Of a DNA stretch of 64,000 nt, positions 9,680 to 18,079 are shown one piece after another. The DNA lies in NCBI GenBank assembly GCA_040377605.1, contig JBEIOK010000001.1, positions 11,540 to 75,539 of the forward strand, in the 5' to 3' direction. This DNA is from Nevskiaceae bacterium. GTDB lineage: Bacteria; Pseudomonadota; Gammaproteobacteria; Nevskiales; Nevskiaceae. The position numbers were made by a program, and so were the translations under genes. Every line of letters starts with the position of its first letter. The first letter of the stretch is position 1. The notes under the pieces are model-generated. The model was not told where the DNA came from and did not search any database. It worked only from the letters and a program-made list of their open reading frames with translations.

Positions 9680-10899
9680 GCCGCCGCCGGGGTCTGGTTG
9701 AGCCTGACGTCGTTGGGCGGCTGCAGCACACAGGCCGTGCCCCCCGGCGTGTACATCATCACCACGCACTGGTTGCAGGCCGTGCAGCCGGATACCGTCG
9801 CGCTGCCGTCCCGGAACCGGTTGATCAGGTCGGGCTCATGGATCAGCGCCCGTCCCATCACCACGCAATCGAAACCGTCCTGCAGGGTCTGCTCGATTCC
9901 AGCCACGGACTTGGCGCCGCCCAGATAGGCCAGCGGCAGCTTCACGGCCGCGCGGATCTGGCGGGAGTATTCCAGGAAGTACAGCTCCTTGAACGCCACC
10001 TTCGGCTCCCACAGCCGCATCAGCTTGCTGGCGAACTTGACCATCGGGTTCTGGATCGACTCCACCGCGGCGGCCGGCATGTTGCTGCCGAAGATGGCCC
10101 ACGGGGCCTCGACATTCATGCCACCGCTGAGCACCAGCAGATGCGCGCCCGCCGCCTCCAGGACCCGCGCCACCTCGATGGCATCCGTCACGCTGGCGCC
10201 GCGCTTGTGGCCCTCGGTGACGCAGATCTTGCAGGTCACCGCCAGATCGCGCCCGACAGCGTCCAGCACGCGACTCAGCACCTCGGCGGGAAAGCGCGCG
10301 CGCTGCGCGGCCGTGCCACCGTACTCGTCCCGACGCTTGTTGTAGTGCGGCGAGATGAACTGGCTCAGCAGGTACCCGTGGCCCATGTGCAGCTCGACCG
10401 CATCGAACCCCGCCTGCTGCGCCCGCCGCGCACCGGCCACGAATTCATCAGCGATACGATCCATGTCGGCCCGCGTCATCGCCGTCTTGAACAGGCGCCC
10501 GGCAATGACGCCGGCCGGATTGAATCCACCCGAGGCGCTCAGCGGGTACTTCGTCGTGAGTTCCGGGACGAAACTGAAGGCCCCACCGTGGGTGATCTGA
10601 GCACAGGCCGCGGCCTGCTCGCGGTGCACGGCCTCGGTCAGCACGCGCAGATGGGGCACGCTGGCCGCATCGAGCGTGACCTGATCCTCGAAGGTGCGGC
10701 CGTCCGGACTGATCGCGCAATACGCTACCGTGGTCATCGCCGCACCACCCGCCGCCATGCGGCGGTGATGCTCGACCAGCGCCTTGGAGGGCACTCCCCC
10801 CTTGGCCATGCCTTCGTTGGTTGCCGACTTGATGAAGCGGTTGCGCAGCGTCAGCGGACCAAGGCGGATGGGGGTGAACGCGTGGGACAGCGTGGACAT
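9676..10899 (-). CDS. NADH:flavin oxidoreductase (Old Yellow Enzyme family)
   Basis: LRNRFIKSAT, GFDAVELHMGHGYLLSQF, NKRRDEYGG, C-terminal CTACNQC. Confidence 0.9.
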   Translation of the reverse strand: MSTLSHAFTPIRLGPLTLRNRFIKSATNEGMAKGGVPSKALVEHHRRMAAGGAAMTTVAYCAISPDGRTFEDQVTLDAASVPHLRVLTEAVHREQAAACAQITHGGAFSFVPELTTKYPLSASGGFNPAGVIAGRLFKTAMTRADMDRIADEFVAGARRAQQAGFDAVELHMGHGYLLSQFISPHYNKRRDEYGGTAAQRARFPAEVLSRVLDAVGRDLAVTCKICVTEGHKRGASVTDAIEVARVLEAAGAHLLVLSGGMNVEAPWAIFGSNMPAAAVESIQNPMVKFASKLMRLWEPKVAFKELYFLEYSRQIRAAVKLPLAYLGGAKSVAGIEQTLQDGFDCVVMGRALIHEPDLINRFRDGSATVSGCTACNQCVVMMYTPGGTACVLQPPNDVRLNQTPAAA

Positions 10900-10974
10900 G
10901 AATCGAAGTTCCCGGAAGGGCACACCACCGGTGTGCGGCGTATCTCGACTGTGCGAGGTCGCGCTGCACTGCGC

Positions 10975-10992
10975 CTCCCCCAAACGGTAGAG
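10975..10992. promoter_or_regulatory. Candidate 7-4-7 operator (CTCCCCC-AAAC-GGTAGAG)
   Basis: Same spacing and core as the other copies; about 75 nt upstream of the OYE start. Confidence 0.45.
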
Positions 10993-11148
10993 GCTCGCCG
11001 CGGCTCCGGCGCTGCCACACGGCGTCGTCGACCCCGACCGTAGTGCCGGCGGTGTGTTCGTGGCGCAATGCCGCCCCTCCAGGGCGGTGATCCGCAACCA
11101 GGGTGCCGTGCCCTGCACCCGTCAGGGCGCGATCACCGACCCGAGGCC

Positions 11149-12030
11149 TCACAGCGCCAGCACCTCCGGCAGCGCCCGTTCGATCCGGCGGCGCAGCGCG
11201 GCGGAGACCGCGGTCATTGGCAGGCGCAGGCCGTCCGGGATTAGCCCCATCATCGCCAGTGCGGCCTTCAGCGGCGCCGGATTGGGCTCCGCGAACAGCA
11301 GACGGATCCAGGGCAGCAGCGCGTAGTGCAGACGTCGGGCCGCCGCCAGATCCCCGGCCTGAACCAGCGACCACAGACAGCGATACAGGTCCGGCCGCAC
11401 CAGCGCGGCCGCGGCGATGGCGCCGTGCCCGCCGAGACAGGCGCAGACAAAGATCAGGGCGTCCTCGCCACTCAGCACCTGCAGGCCGGTCTCGTCGATC
11501 AGCGCCGAGAGCTGGTCGAGATCATGACCGGCGCTCTGCTTGATGCCGACGATGCGCGGGTGCTGCGCCAGCGCCTTGAGCGTCTCCGTCTCCATCGCGA
11601 CACCGCTGCGGTACGGGATGTTGTAGAGCAGCAGCGGCATGCCGGTGGCATCGGCCAGCGTCTTGAAATGCCGACGGATACCCGTCTGCGAAGGGCGCGT
11701 GTAGTACGGCGCGCTGACCAGCCATCCCGAGAGCGCATGCGATTCCAGCGTGCGCAGCCGGGCGCGCATCGCCGCCGTGTCGTTGCCGCTGAGGCCGAAC
11801 ACGACCGGCACGCGGTCCTGCACGACCTCCAGCACGGCAGCCAGCACACGGTCCTGCTCGTCATCCGACAGGGTCGCCGGCTCGCCGGTCGTGCCGCAGA
11901 CGACCAAACCGTCGACGCCCTGCTTCAGCAGGTGCTCGGCGAGGCGCTGCAGCGATGCGAGATCGACCGCGCCGCCTCGAAAGGGGGTAACGAGGGGAAC
12001 CCAGATTCCCCGGAAAGAAGATGCAGTCAT
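11149..12030 (-). CDS. dapA: 4-hydroxy-tetrahydrodipicolinate synthase (probably a paralog)
   Basis: LVTPF, CGTTGE, PYY, LYNIPYRSG, Schiff-base Lys in IVGIKQ. Confidence 0.85.
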   Translation of the reverse strand: MTASSFRGIWVPLVTPFRGGAVDLASLQRLAEHLLKQGVDGLVVCGTTGEPATLSDDEQDRVLAAVLEVVQDRVPVVFGLSGNDTAAMRARLRTLESHALSGWLVSAPYYTRPSQTGIRRHFKTLADATGMPLLLYNIPYRSGVAMETETLKALAQHPRIVGIKQSAGHDLDQLSALIDETGLQVLSGEDALIFVCACLGGHGAIAAAALVRPDLYRCLWSLVQAGDLAAARRLHYALLPWIRLLFAEPNPAPLKAALAMMGLIPDGLRLPMTAVSAALRRRIERALPEVLAL

Positions 12031-12143
12031 GTGATGGCTCCTGGTGGGATGGATGGCAGGCAGGGTGGCGCTGGACCATCGGCACGGGACCGGGGAGCAA
12101 CTGCGGGGATCGCGGGAACAAGCAGGACAACGACGCAGGCTTT

Positions 12144-12177
12144 CCGTCGGGCGGCCGACGGGAGAGCCTTCCCGTCA
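12144..12177 (-). promoter_or_regulatory. Mutually exclusive attenuator hairpins
   Basis: Stem GACGGGA/TCCCGTC (12157-12176) overlaps the leader stop codon and competes with stem CCGTCGG/CCGACGG (12144-12161). Confidence 0.6.
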
Positions 12178-12285
12178 GGCGAGTCGCTGTTTTTTGGACG
12201 CGCTGACGGAAGGGGCCGCGCATACGCCGGCCGTCACGCCGCGAAGCGGCGATGAGCAAAACCGGATGAAAAAAGACATGCGCAT
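12175..12285 (-). CDS. Putative dapA leader peptide (MRMSFF...SKKQRLA)
   Basis: 36-codon ORF with tandem AAA AAA Lys codons at 12190-12195, four codons before the stop. Confidence 0.55.
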   Translation of the reverse strand: MRMSFFIRFCSSPLRGVTAGVCAAPSVSASKKQRLA

Positions 12286-12303
12286 GGCGGCGCGCACGAT
12301 AGA

Positions 12304-12340
12304 GGATCCGCCGGGCGCCTGCAAAGCGCCCGGCGGATCC
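12304..12340. terminator. Perfect 15-bp stem hairpin downstream of the SDR
   Basis: GGATCCGCCGGGCGC-CTGCAAA-GCGCCCGGCGGATCC; no clear U tract. Confidence 0.5.
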
Positions 12341-12353
12341 CGCCGATCGGGCC

Positions 12354-13109
12354 TCAGCCGAGGAAGGCTTGGCCGCCGTCGACGCCGATCGACTGGCCGG
12401 TGATGTAACGCGAATCGTCCGACACCAGCGAGACGACGAACCGACCGATGTCCTGCTCGCAGGACCCGACGCGGCCCTGCGGCACCGTGGAGATGAAGGC
12501 GGCGGCCTCTTCCGGGCGCTCCCGCGTCCACCACTGCATCGCCGGAGAATCGGCCAGCGGCAGAATCGCATTGACGCGGATGCCTTCCTTGGCCCATTCA
12601 CAGGCAGCGGCGCGCGTCAGCTGACGGATCGCCTCCTTGACCGCCGCGTAGGCACCATAGCCAGCGAGGTCCCAGCGATACGCGGAAGACGAACCGAAGT
12701 TGATGATGTTGCCGTCACCCTTGAGATACGGATGGCACAGCTTCATCAGACGGAAGGTCGCCAGCGGACCGGACTCCCACCCCGCGGCAAAGGCGTCGTC
12801 ACTGACCTGATCCAGCGTGCCCAACGGCACTTCCTGGGCATTGTTCACCAGGATATTCAGTTTGCCGTAGTGCTGGACCACCGCCTCGACGCAGGCCTTC
12901 AGCGAGGCCTGGTTTTTGACGTCGCATTCCACCGCCAGCGCCTGACCGCCGCGCTTGACGATCTCCTGGACGGTGGCCTCCAGCTTCGAGCGGGTGCGGC
13001 CCGTCACCGCGATCGCGACGCCCTCGGCGGCCAGCGCAAACGCGATCCCCTGCCCCACGCCCTGTCCCGCACCGGTGATCAGCGCCACCTTGCCTTGCAG
13101 CTTTGCCAT
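12354..13109 (-). CDS. SDR family oxidoreductase
   Basis: TGAGQGVG, NNAQ, YAAVK; RBS GAGGAG before ATG 13109. Confidence 0.9.
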   Translation of the reverse strand: MAKLQGKVALITGAGQGVGQGIAFALAAEGVAIAVTGRTRSKLEATVQEIVKRGGQALAVECDVKNQASLKACVEAVVQHYGKLNILVNNAQEVPLGTLDQVSDDAFAAGWESGPLATFRLMKLCHPYLKGDGNIINFGSSSAYRWDLAGYGAYAAVKEAIRQLTRAAACEWAKEGIRVNAILPLADSPAMQWWTRERPEEAAAFISTVPQGRVGSCEQDIGRFVVSLVSDDSRYITGQSIGVDGGQAFLG

Positions 13110-13290
13110 CGTCTTCTCCTCGACTGTGTGAAACCGGTGCCCTACGCAGGCAACGGCGAATGAAAGGGCGATTAGTGTGGGAGTGCCGCGCCGCGGGTGC
13201 CTAACCCGCCCGGGGTAGACGAACGCCGGGCCCGGCAGCCGAAAACCCGGATTGCCTCTACACTGCACTTCCGTAACCGCCGAGTTCCCC

Positions 13291-13431
13291 GTGGCCAAAC
13301 CCAATTACAAATTCGACAAGCGTCAGCGCGAGCTGAAAAAGGCCAAGGAGCAGGAAGAAAAGCGCCTGAAGAAGCTCGCGCGCGACGCGCAGACCGACAC
13401 CCCGAAGGACGAATCGGAGCAGACGACGTGA
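13291..13431 (+). CDS. Lys/Glu-rich microprotein, 46 aa (MAKPNYKFDKRQRELKKAKEQEEKRLKK...)
   Basis: Below the ORF-track cutoff; GTG start after a TACACT -10-like hexamer at 13259-13264; GC3-biased codons; GTGA overlap with the next ORF. Confidence 0.75.
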   Translation: MAKPNYKFDKRQRELKKAKEQEEKRLKKLARDAQTDTPKDESEQTT

Positions 13432-13532
13432 GCAAGGGCATGGACCGCAAGAAGGAAACCAAGAAGAAGCCGGCGCTGAATCTGAAGGAAAAGCGCGCCG
13501 CCAAGGCCGAGAAGAAGGGTAAGAAGGGTTAA
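13428..13532 (+). CDS. Lys-rich microprotein, 34 aa (MSKGMDRKKETKKKPALNLKEKRAAKAEKKGKKG)
   Basis: GTG overlaps the previous stop; GGAG upstream; all Lys codons are AAG; ends 12 nt before the kinase. Confidence 0.75.
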   Translation: MSKGMDRKKETKKKPALNLKEKRAAKAEKKGKKG

Positions 13533-13544
13533 GCCGGCGTTGCG

Positions 13545-14408
13545 ATGAAGATTCCCGCGGGGCTGCAACCGCTGATCGAGGAAGGCATCGTCGACGCGGT
13601 GCTGCGCCAGCTCAAGAGCGGCAAGGAAGCCTCCGTCTTTCTCGTGCGCTGCGGTTCCCATACGCGGTGTGCCAAGGTCTACAAGGCCGCAGAGCACCGC
13701 GGCTTCCACCGGCTCGCCGAGTATCAGGAAGGACGCAAGGCGCGCGGCAGTCGCGATGCGCGCGCCATGGGTCGGCGCGGACGTCACGGCCGCGAGGTGC
13801 AGGAAGCCGAGTGGAAGAACGCCGAGATCGAGGCGCTGTATCGCCTGGTGGACGCGGGCGTGCGCGTGCCCCAGCCCTATGGCGTCTACTCTGGCGTGCT
13901 GCTGATGGAGCTGGTGCACGATGAGCACGGGGAGCCCGCCCCCCGGCTCAATGATGTCGATTTCACGGCCGAGCAGGCCCTGCGCTGGCATGCCTTCATG
14001 ATCGAGCAGGTCGTACGCATGCTCTGTGCCGGGCTGATTCACGGTGATCTGTCCGAGTACAACGTGTTGATCGACGTGGCCGGTCCGGTCGTCATCGACC
14101 TGCCGCAAGCCGTCAACGCCGCCGGCAACAACAATGCGTTCCGCATGCTCGAACGCGATGTCAACAATCTGCGTGCCACCTTCGGCCGAGCCGCCCCCGA
14201 ACTGCTCGACACCGAGTACGCGCACGAGATCTGGGCGCGGTACCAGGCCAGCGAACTGACCCCGGAAACACCGCTCACCGGCCGCTTCGTCCACGAGGCG
14301 CGCACCGCCGACGTCGACGCCGTGCTCGATCAGATCGAGGAAGCCCGTCGGGAAGCCGAAGCTCGCCAACGCGGGCGCGAAGCGGCCGAGGCCGCTGACG
14401 GCGGCTGA
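13545..14408 (+). CDS. RIO1-like atypical protein kinase (PA4780 family)
   Basis: SGKEASV P-loop, AKVYK, HGDLSEYN catalytic loop, IDLPQ. Confidence 0.9.
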   Translation: MKIPAGLQPLIEEGIVDAVLRQLKSGKEASVFLVRCGSHTRCAKVYKAAEHRGFHRLAEYQEGRKARGSRDARAMGRRGRHGREVQEAEWKNAEIEALYRLVDAGVRVPQPYGVYSGVLLMELVHDEHGEPAPRLNDVDFTAEQALRWHAFMIEQVVRMLCAGLIHGDLSEYNVLIDVAGPVVIDLPQAVNAAGNNNAFRMLERDVNNLRATFGRAAPELLDTEYAHEIWARYQASELTPETPLTGRFVHEARTADVDAVLDQIEEARREAEARQRGREAAEAADGG

Positions 14409-14451
14409 GGCGCCCGTGGCATGCTGCGCTCCGCAACCCTGGAGCCCGAGC

Positions 14452-15468
14452 ATGCGACAGATCTTCATCGCCGCCACCGGCGGCCCCGATCAACTGGTGA
14501 TCCGCGAGGCGCCGGACCCGACCCCCGCCCCCAATACCCTGCGTGTGCGGGTACGCGCAGCCGGCATCAACTTCGCCGACATCATGGCGCGTCAGGGCCT
14601 GTATCCCGACGCGCCGAAGCTGCCCTGCGTCGTGGGCTACGAGGTCTCGGGTCTTGTCGACGCCGTCGGGGACGGCGTCGAGCCCACGTGGCTTGGCCGC
14701 GAGGTCTTCGGGCTGACCCGCTTCGGCGGCTACGCGGATGTCGTCGTCGTGCCCGCCAACCAGCTATTCGAGAAGCCGGATACGCTGACCCACGAGCAGG
14801 CCGCCGCAATCCCGGTGAACTATCTGACCGCGTGGCAACTGCTCGTCGTCATGGGCGCGTTGAGCCGCAATGACACCGTGCTGATCCACAACGCCGGTGG
14901 TGGCGTGGGCCTGGCGGCCATCGACATCGCCCGTCACATCGGCGCCCGCATCATCGGCACCGCCAGCAGCAGCAAGCATGCGTTTCTTGAACAGCGCGGC
15001 GCGCACGCGCTGATCGACTACCGCACCCAGGACTGGACCGCGGAAGTGCAGCGGCTGACCGCAGGCCGCGGCGTCGAACTGATCACCGATCCGATGGGCG
15101 GCCATCACTGGAAGCTGAGCTATGCCGCGCTGCGCAGCACCGGGCGGCTCGGCATGTTCGGCATCTCCGGTGCCACGCAGTCGAAACTGTTCGGCCCGCT
15201 GCGCCTGCTGCCGCTCGCCGCTGGCATGCCGTTCTTCCACCCGATTCCGCTGATGAACCTCAACAAGTCCGTGTTCGGCGTCAACATGGGCCACCTGTGG
15301 CATGAAACCGACAAGATCCGACGCTGGATGGAAACGCTGCTGCAGGGCGTCGCCGACGGCTGGGTGCGCCCGCATGTCGACCGGACGTTTTCCTTCGCCG
15401 ACGCCGGCGCCGCGCAGGGCTACATGGAAGCGCGCCGCAATATCGGCAAGGTCATCCTGACGCCGTAG
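14452..15468 (+). CDS. Medium-chain dehydrogenase/reductase, quinone oxidoreductase / VAT-1-like
   Basis: GINFADIMARQGLYP, GYEVSG, HNAGGGVGLA, NIGKVIL. Confidence 0.88.
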   Translation: MRQIFIAATGGPDQLVIREAPDPTPAPNTLRVRVRAAGINFADIMARQGLYPDAPKLPCVVGYEVSGLVDAVGDGVEPTWLGREVFGLTRFGGYADVVVVPANQLFEKPDTLTHEQAAAIPVNYLTAWQLLVVMGALSRNDTVLIHNAGGGVGLAAIDIARHIGARIIGTASSSKHAFLEQRGAHALIDYRTQDWTAEVQRLTAGRGVELITDPMGGHHWKLSYAALRSTGRLGMFGISGATQSKLFGPLRLLPLAAGMPFFHPIPLMNLNKSVFGVNMGHLWHETDKIRRWMETLLQGVADGWVRPHVDRTFSFADAGAAQGYMEARRNIGKVILTP

Positions 15469-15518
15469 TCGCGCCGCATACGAAAACGGACAGGTCGGTC
15501 GTGCAGGCCGCGCCCGAC

Positions 15519-16205
15519 TCAGCGCGTGGCGCGTTTCGGGCGACGCACGGCGCGCACCTTGCCGCTGCCGCCGCCCCCGCAATAGAACAGATCGCGGCCG
15601 TCCGACTCCAGGCCGCTGACGCCGATGCCCGCCGGCAGCTCGAGACGCTCGAGCACGGCGCCACTGGCGGGGTCGATGCGACGCACGTCGCTGTCCTCAC
15701 CCTCCCAGGTGCCATGCCACAACTCGCCATCCACCCAGGTCACCCCGGTGACGAAGCGGTTGGACTCGATCGTGCGCAGCACGGCGCCGGTGGCCGGGTC
15801 GATCTGCACGATCTTGCGATCGCGGTACTGGCCTACCCACAGGCTGCCCTCGGACCAGGCCATGCCGGAATCCCCACCCTGGCCAGGTGCCGGAATCGAC
15901 GCGACAACCGCGCCGGTCTTCGGGTCGATCTTGTCGATGCGCGACTCGGCGATCTGGTACAGGTAGGTTCCGTCGTAGGCCGTTCCGGCATCGCCGGGAC
16001 GAGCCAGCGTCTGCTGCACTGCGCCGCTGTCCGGTGCGAAGGCGATCAGCTGCGTACTGGTGGCGGCCCAGACCTGGCGACCGTCATGGGTCACGCCGTG
16101 GATGCTGGGCGCCCCGTCGAAGGGACCATATTCGCGAACGATCTCGGCGGGGTGCACCGAAGCGTCCGCTGCCGTCCTGCCCGCCTGCGTCTGAACCTGG
16201 GTCAC
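15519..16205 (-). CDS. Beta-propeller repeat protein (glutamine cyclotransferase-like)
   Basis: Repeated blades G-x-x-(Y/W)-DG-x-x-(L/V)W and IDPxTG; exact start uncertain. Confidence 0.75.
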   Translation of the reverse strand: MTQVQTQAGRTAADASVHPAEIVREYGPFDGAPSIHGVTHDGRQVWAATSTQLIAFAPDSGAVQQTLARPGDAGTAYDGTYLYQIAESRIDKIDPKTGAVVASIPAPGQGGDSGMAWSEGSLWVGQYRDRKIVQIDPATGAVLRTIESNRFVTGVTWVDGELWHGTWEGEDSDVRRIDPASGAVLERLELPAGIGVSGLESDGRDLFYCGGGGSGKVRAVRRPKRATR

Positions 16206-16256
16206 GATGCTTTCTCCATGATGCGCCTGCGATGAGTGGCGCCCGTGCGGAGCAAT

Positions 16257-17480
16257 CTACGTGAGCGGCAGCGTAGCCGGGAGTAACAAGATCGTCGTGA
16301 ATCCGGCCAGCGGTGGCGCCAGCCAGCGCCGTGCGCGCGCACGACCGATGGCCCGCACCTGCCCGGTTGCCTCCAGTTCCACCAGCGCGCGTTGCACGGT
16401 GCGCTGACTCGCCCCGATGGCCAGCGCCAGCGCGGAGGTCGACCAGGCTGCACCATCGGCCAGCAAGGCCAGCACCGCACCGGACTCACTGTCGACGGGG
16501 GGCGCGAGCACCACGACCGCCTGCTGCGATTCGTGCGGGGTCAGCGCGAAGCCGCGCGCGCTGGCCTCCACGCGGGCCATGGGCGCGATCAGGGCGCGCA
16601 AACGGCCGATCTCCACGCGCAGCCGCGCGCGATGGGTCTCGTCAGGCCGACGGATGCGGAACGCCCGTGCGATCAGCGCATCCCGCGCAAGATCGCCGGG
16701 CCAGGCCTCGGCCAGTGCGCAGACCAGCGTGAACAGCACCGGGCGTCGCATCAGCGGCACCTTCACCGCACTGGTGCGCAGGCCGCGGCGGCAGGCATCC
16801 ACCACCAGCGCGCCGGACGCGAACAGGGCCTCGACCTCGTGCAGGCGCAGGGTCCGCGTCTGGCCGGCGCGGATCGCGCGCGCGGCGGGACGCTCCAGCA
16901 CGGCCTGCGCCTCGGTGACTTCAGCTTGCAACGCCGGCACGCGTGACTGCCGGGCCGCCGCTGCCGCCCGGTCCAGCGCCGCGCGCGCAGACGCCGTGCG
17001 CAGTGAACGCAATGCGAGTTCTGCCACCGCGAGTTCGGCCAGCGCCCACAAGGACGGCGGCACCTCGCGCGGATCCAGCGCGGACAGGATTGCATCCGCC
17101 TCGCTCAGTCGCCCGAGCAGCAGCGCGCGACGCACCGCAATCAGGCGGGCGTGACGTGCGTTGACGTGGTCACTGCGCGCGTCCAGCTCGTCCGCGGCGG
17201 CCATCAGTGCGCGCGGTGCGCCGCGCAGATCGCGCAACGCCAGTGCCACTTCGGCCTCGGCCACGACGCAGCGCGCACGCGATCGCGCCTCGTGGCGACC
17301 GAATCCGCGGGCGGCCCGCCGCAGCAGGTCGCGCGCGCGCGACAACTCGCCGAGCTGCGCCATGGCGATGCCCCGCAGCGCCAGGGCCGGCGGGTCGTCT
17401 CGCAGGCTCACGTGCTTCAGCGCTTCGACCGCGTCGCCCACAGCGAGCGCGCGTGCGGCAGCGGCGATCAGGGAATCCAT
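16257..17480 (-). CDS. Helical-repeat protein with C-terminal winged HTH
   Basis: Ala/Arg-rich TPR-like N-terminus, OmpR-like RARLRVEIGRLR, C-terminal HTH WSTSALALAIGASQRTVQRAL. Confidence 0.75.
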   Translation of the reverse strand: MDSLIAAAARALAVGDAVEALKHVSLRDDPPALALRGIAMAQLGELSRARDLLRRAARGFGRHEARSRARCVVAEAEVALALRDLRGAPRALMAAADELDARSDHVNARHARLIAVRRALLLGRLSEADAILSALDPREVPPSLWALAELAVAELALRSLRTASARAALDRAAAAARQSRVPALQAEVTEAQAVLERPAARAIRAGQTRTLRLHEVEALFASGALVVDACRRGLRTSAVKVPLMRRPVLFTLVCALAEAWPGDLARDALIARAFRIRRPDETHRARLRVEIGRLRALIAPMARVEASARGFALTPHESQQAVVVLAPPVDSESGAVLALLADGAAWSTSALALAIGASQRTVQRALVELEATGQVRAIGRARARRWLAPPLAGFTTILLLPATLPLT

Positions 17481-17542
17481 CGCGGTAGCGTACTGCAGCG
17501 TCGGGGCTGACCGCCGGGGGCGGGCTTGTCTACACTGCGATC

Positions 17543-18073
17543 ATGATCCGCGACATTCTCCGCATGGGCGATCCGCGCCTGCTGCAGGTTTCCCGCCCCG
17601 TCGAACACTTCGGTACGCCGGCGCTGTTCGCGCTCATCCAGGACCTGCGGGAGACGATGGCAGCTGCCAACGGCGCTGGCCTTGCCGCACCGCAGATCGG
17701 CGTGCCGCTGCGGCTGGTGATCTTCGGCGTCGAGACCAACCCGCGGTATCCGCACGCGGAGGCGGTGCCATTCACGATTCTGTGCAACCCGGTGCTGACG
17801 CCGCTGGGCGACGAACAGGAAGAGGGCTGGGAAGGTTGCCTCAGCGTGCCGGGCCTGCGCGGCCTGGTGCCGCGCTACACGCGGCTGCGCTACGAGGGGT
17901 TCGATGCGCACGGCGTGCCGATCATGCGCGAGGTGTCGGACTTCCATGCGCGCGTCGTCCAGCACGAGTGCGATCACCTCGACGGCATCCTGTATCCAAC
18001 GCGGATCCGCGACTTGCGCAGCTTCGGCTTTACCGAAGTGCTGTTTCCGGGTCAGGACCTCCGGGACGACTGA
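17543..18073 (+). CDS. def: Peptide deformylase
   Basis: [25 protein letters not shown]. Confidence 0.95.
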   Translation: MIRDILRMGDPRLLQVSRPVEHFGTPALFALIQDLRETMAAANGAGLAAPQIGVPLRLVIFGVETNPRYPHAEAVPFTILCNPVLTPLGDEQEEGWEGCLSVPGLRGLVPRYTRLRYEGFDAHGVPIMREVSDFHARVVQHECDHLDGILYPTRIRDLRSFGFTEVLFPGQDLRDD

Positions 18074-18079
18074 CTCGCC

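Noticed and set aside
12031-12300. Lysine riboswitch (L-box) upstream of dapA
   Set aside because: I could not find the L-box hallmarks (AGAGGUGC start, loop-E and kink-turn motifs); a leader-peptide model fits better. An Rfam search would settle it
11149-13532. Functional link between dapA and the nearby Lys-rich microproteins
   Set aside because: They are separated by an unrelated SDR and transcribed divergently; proximity alone is not evidence
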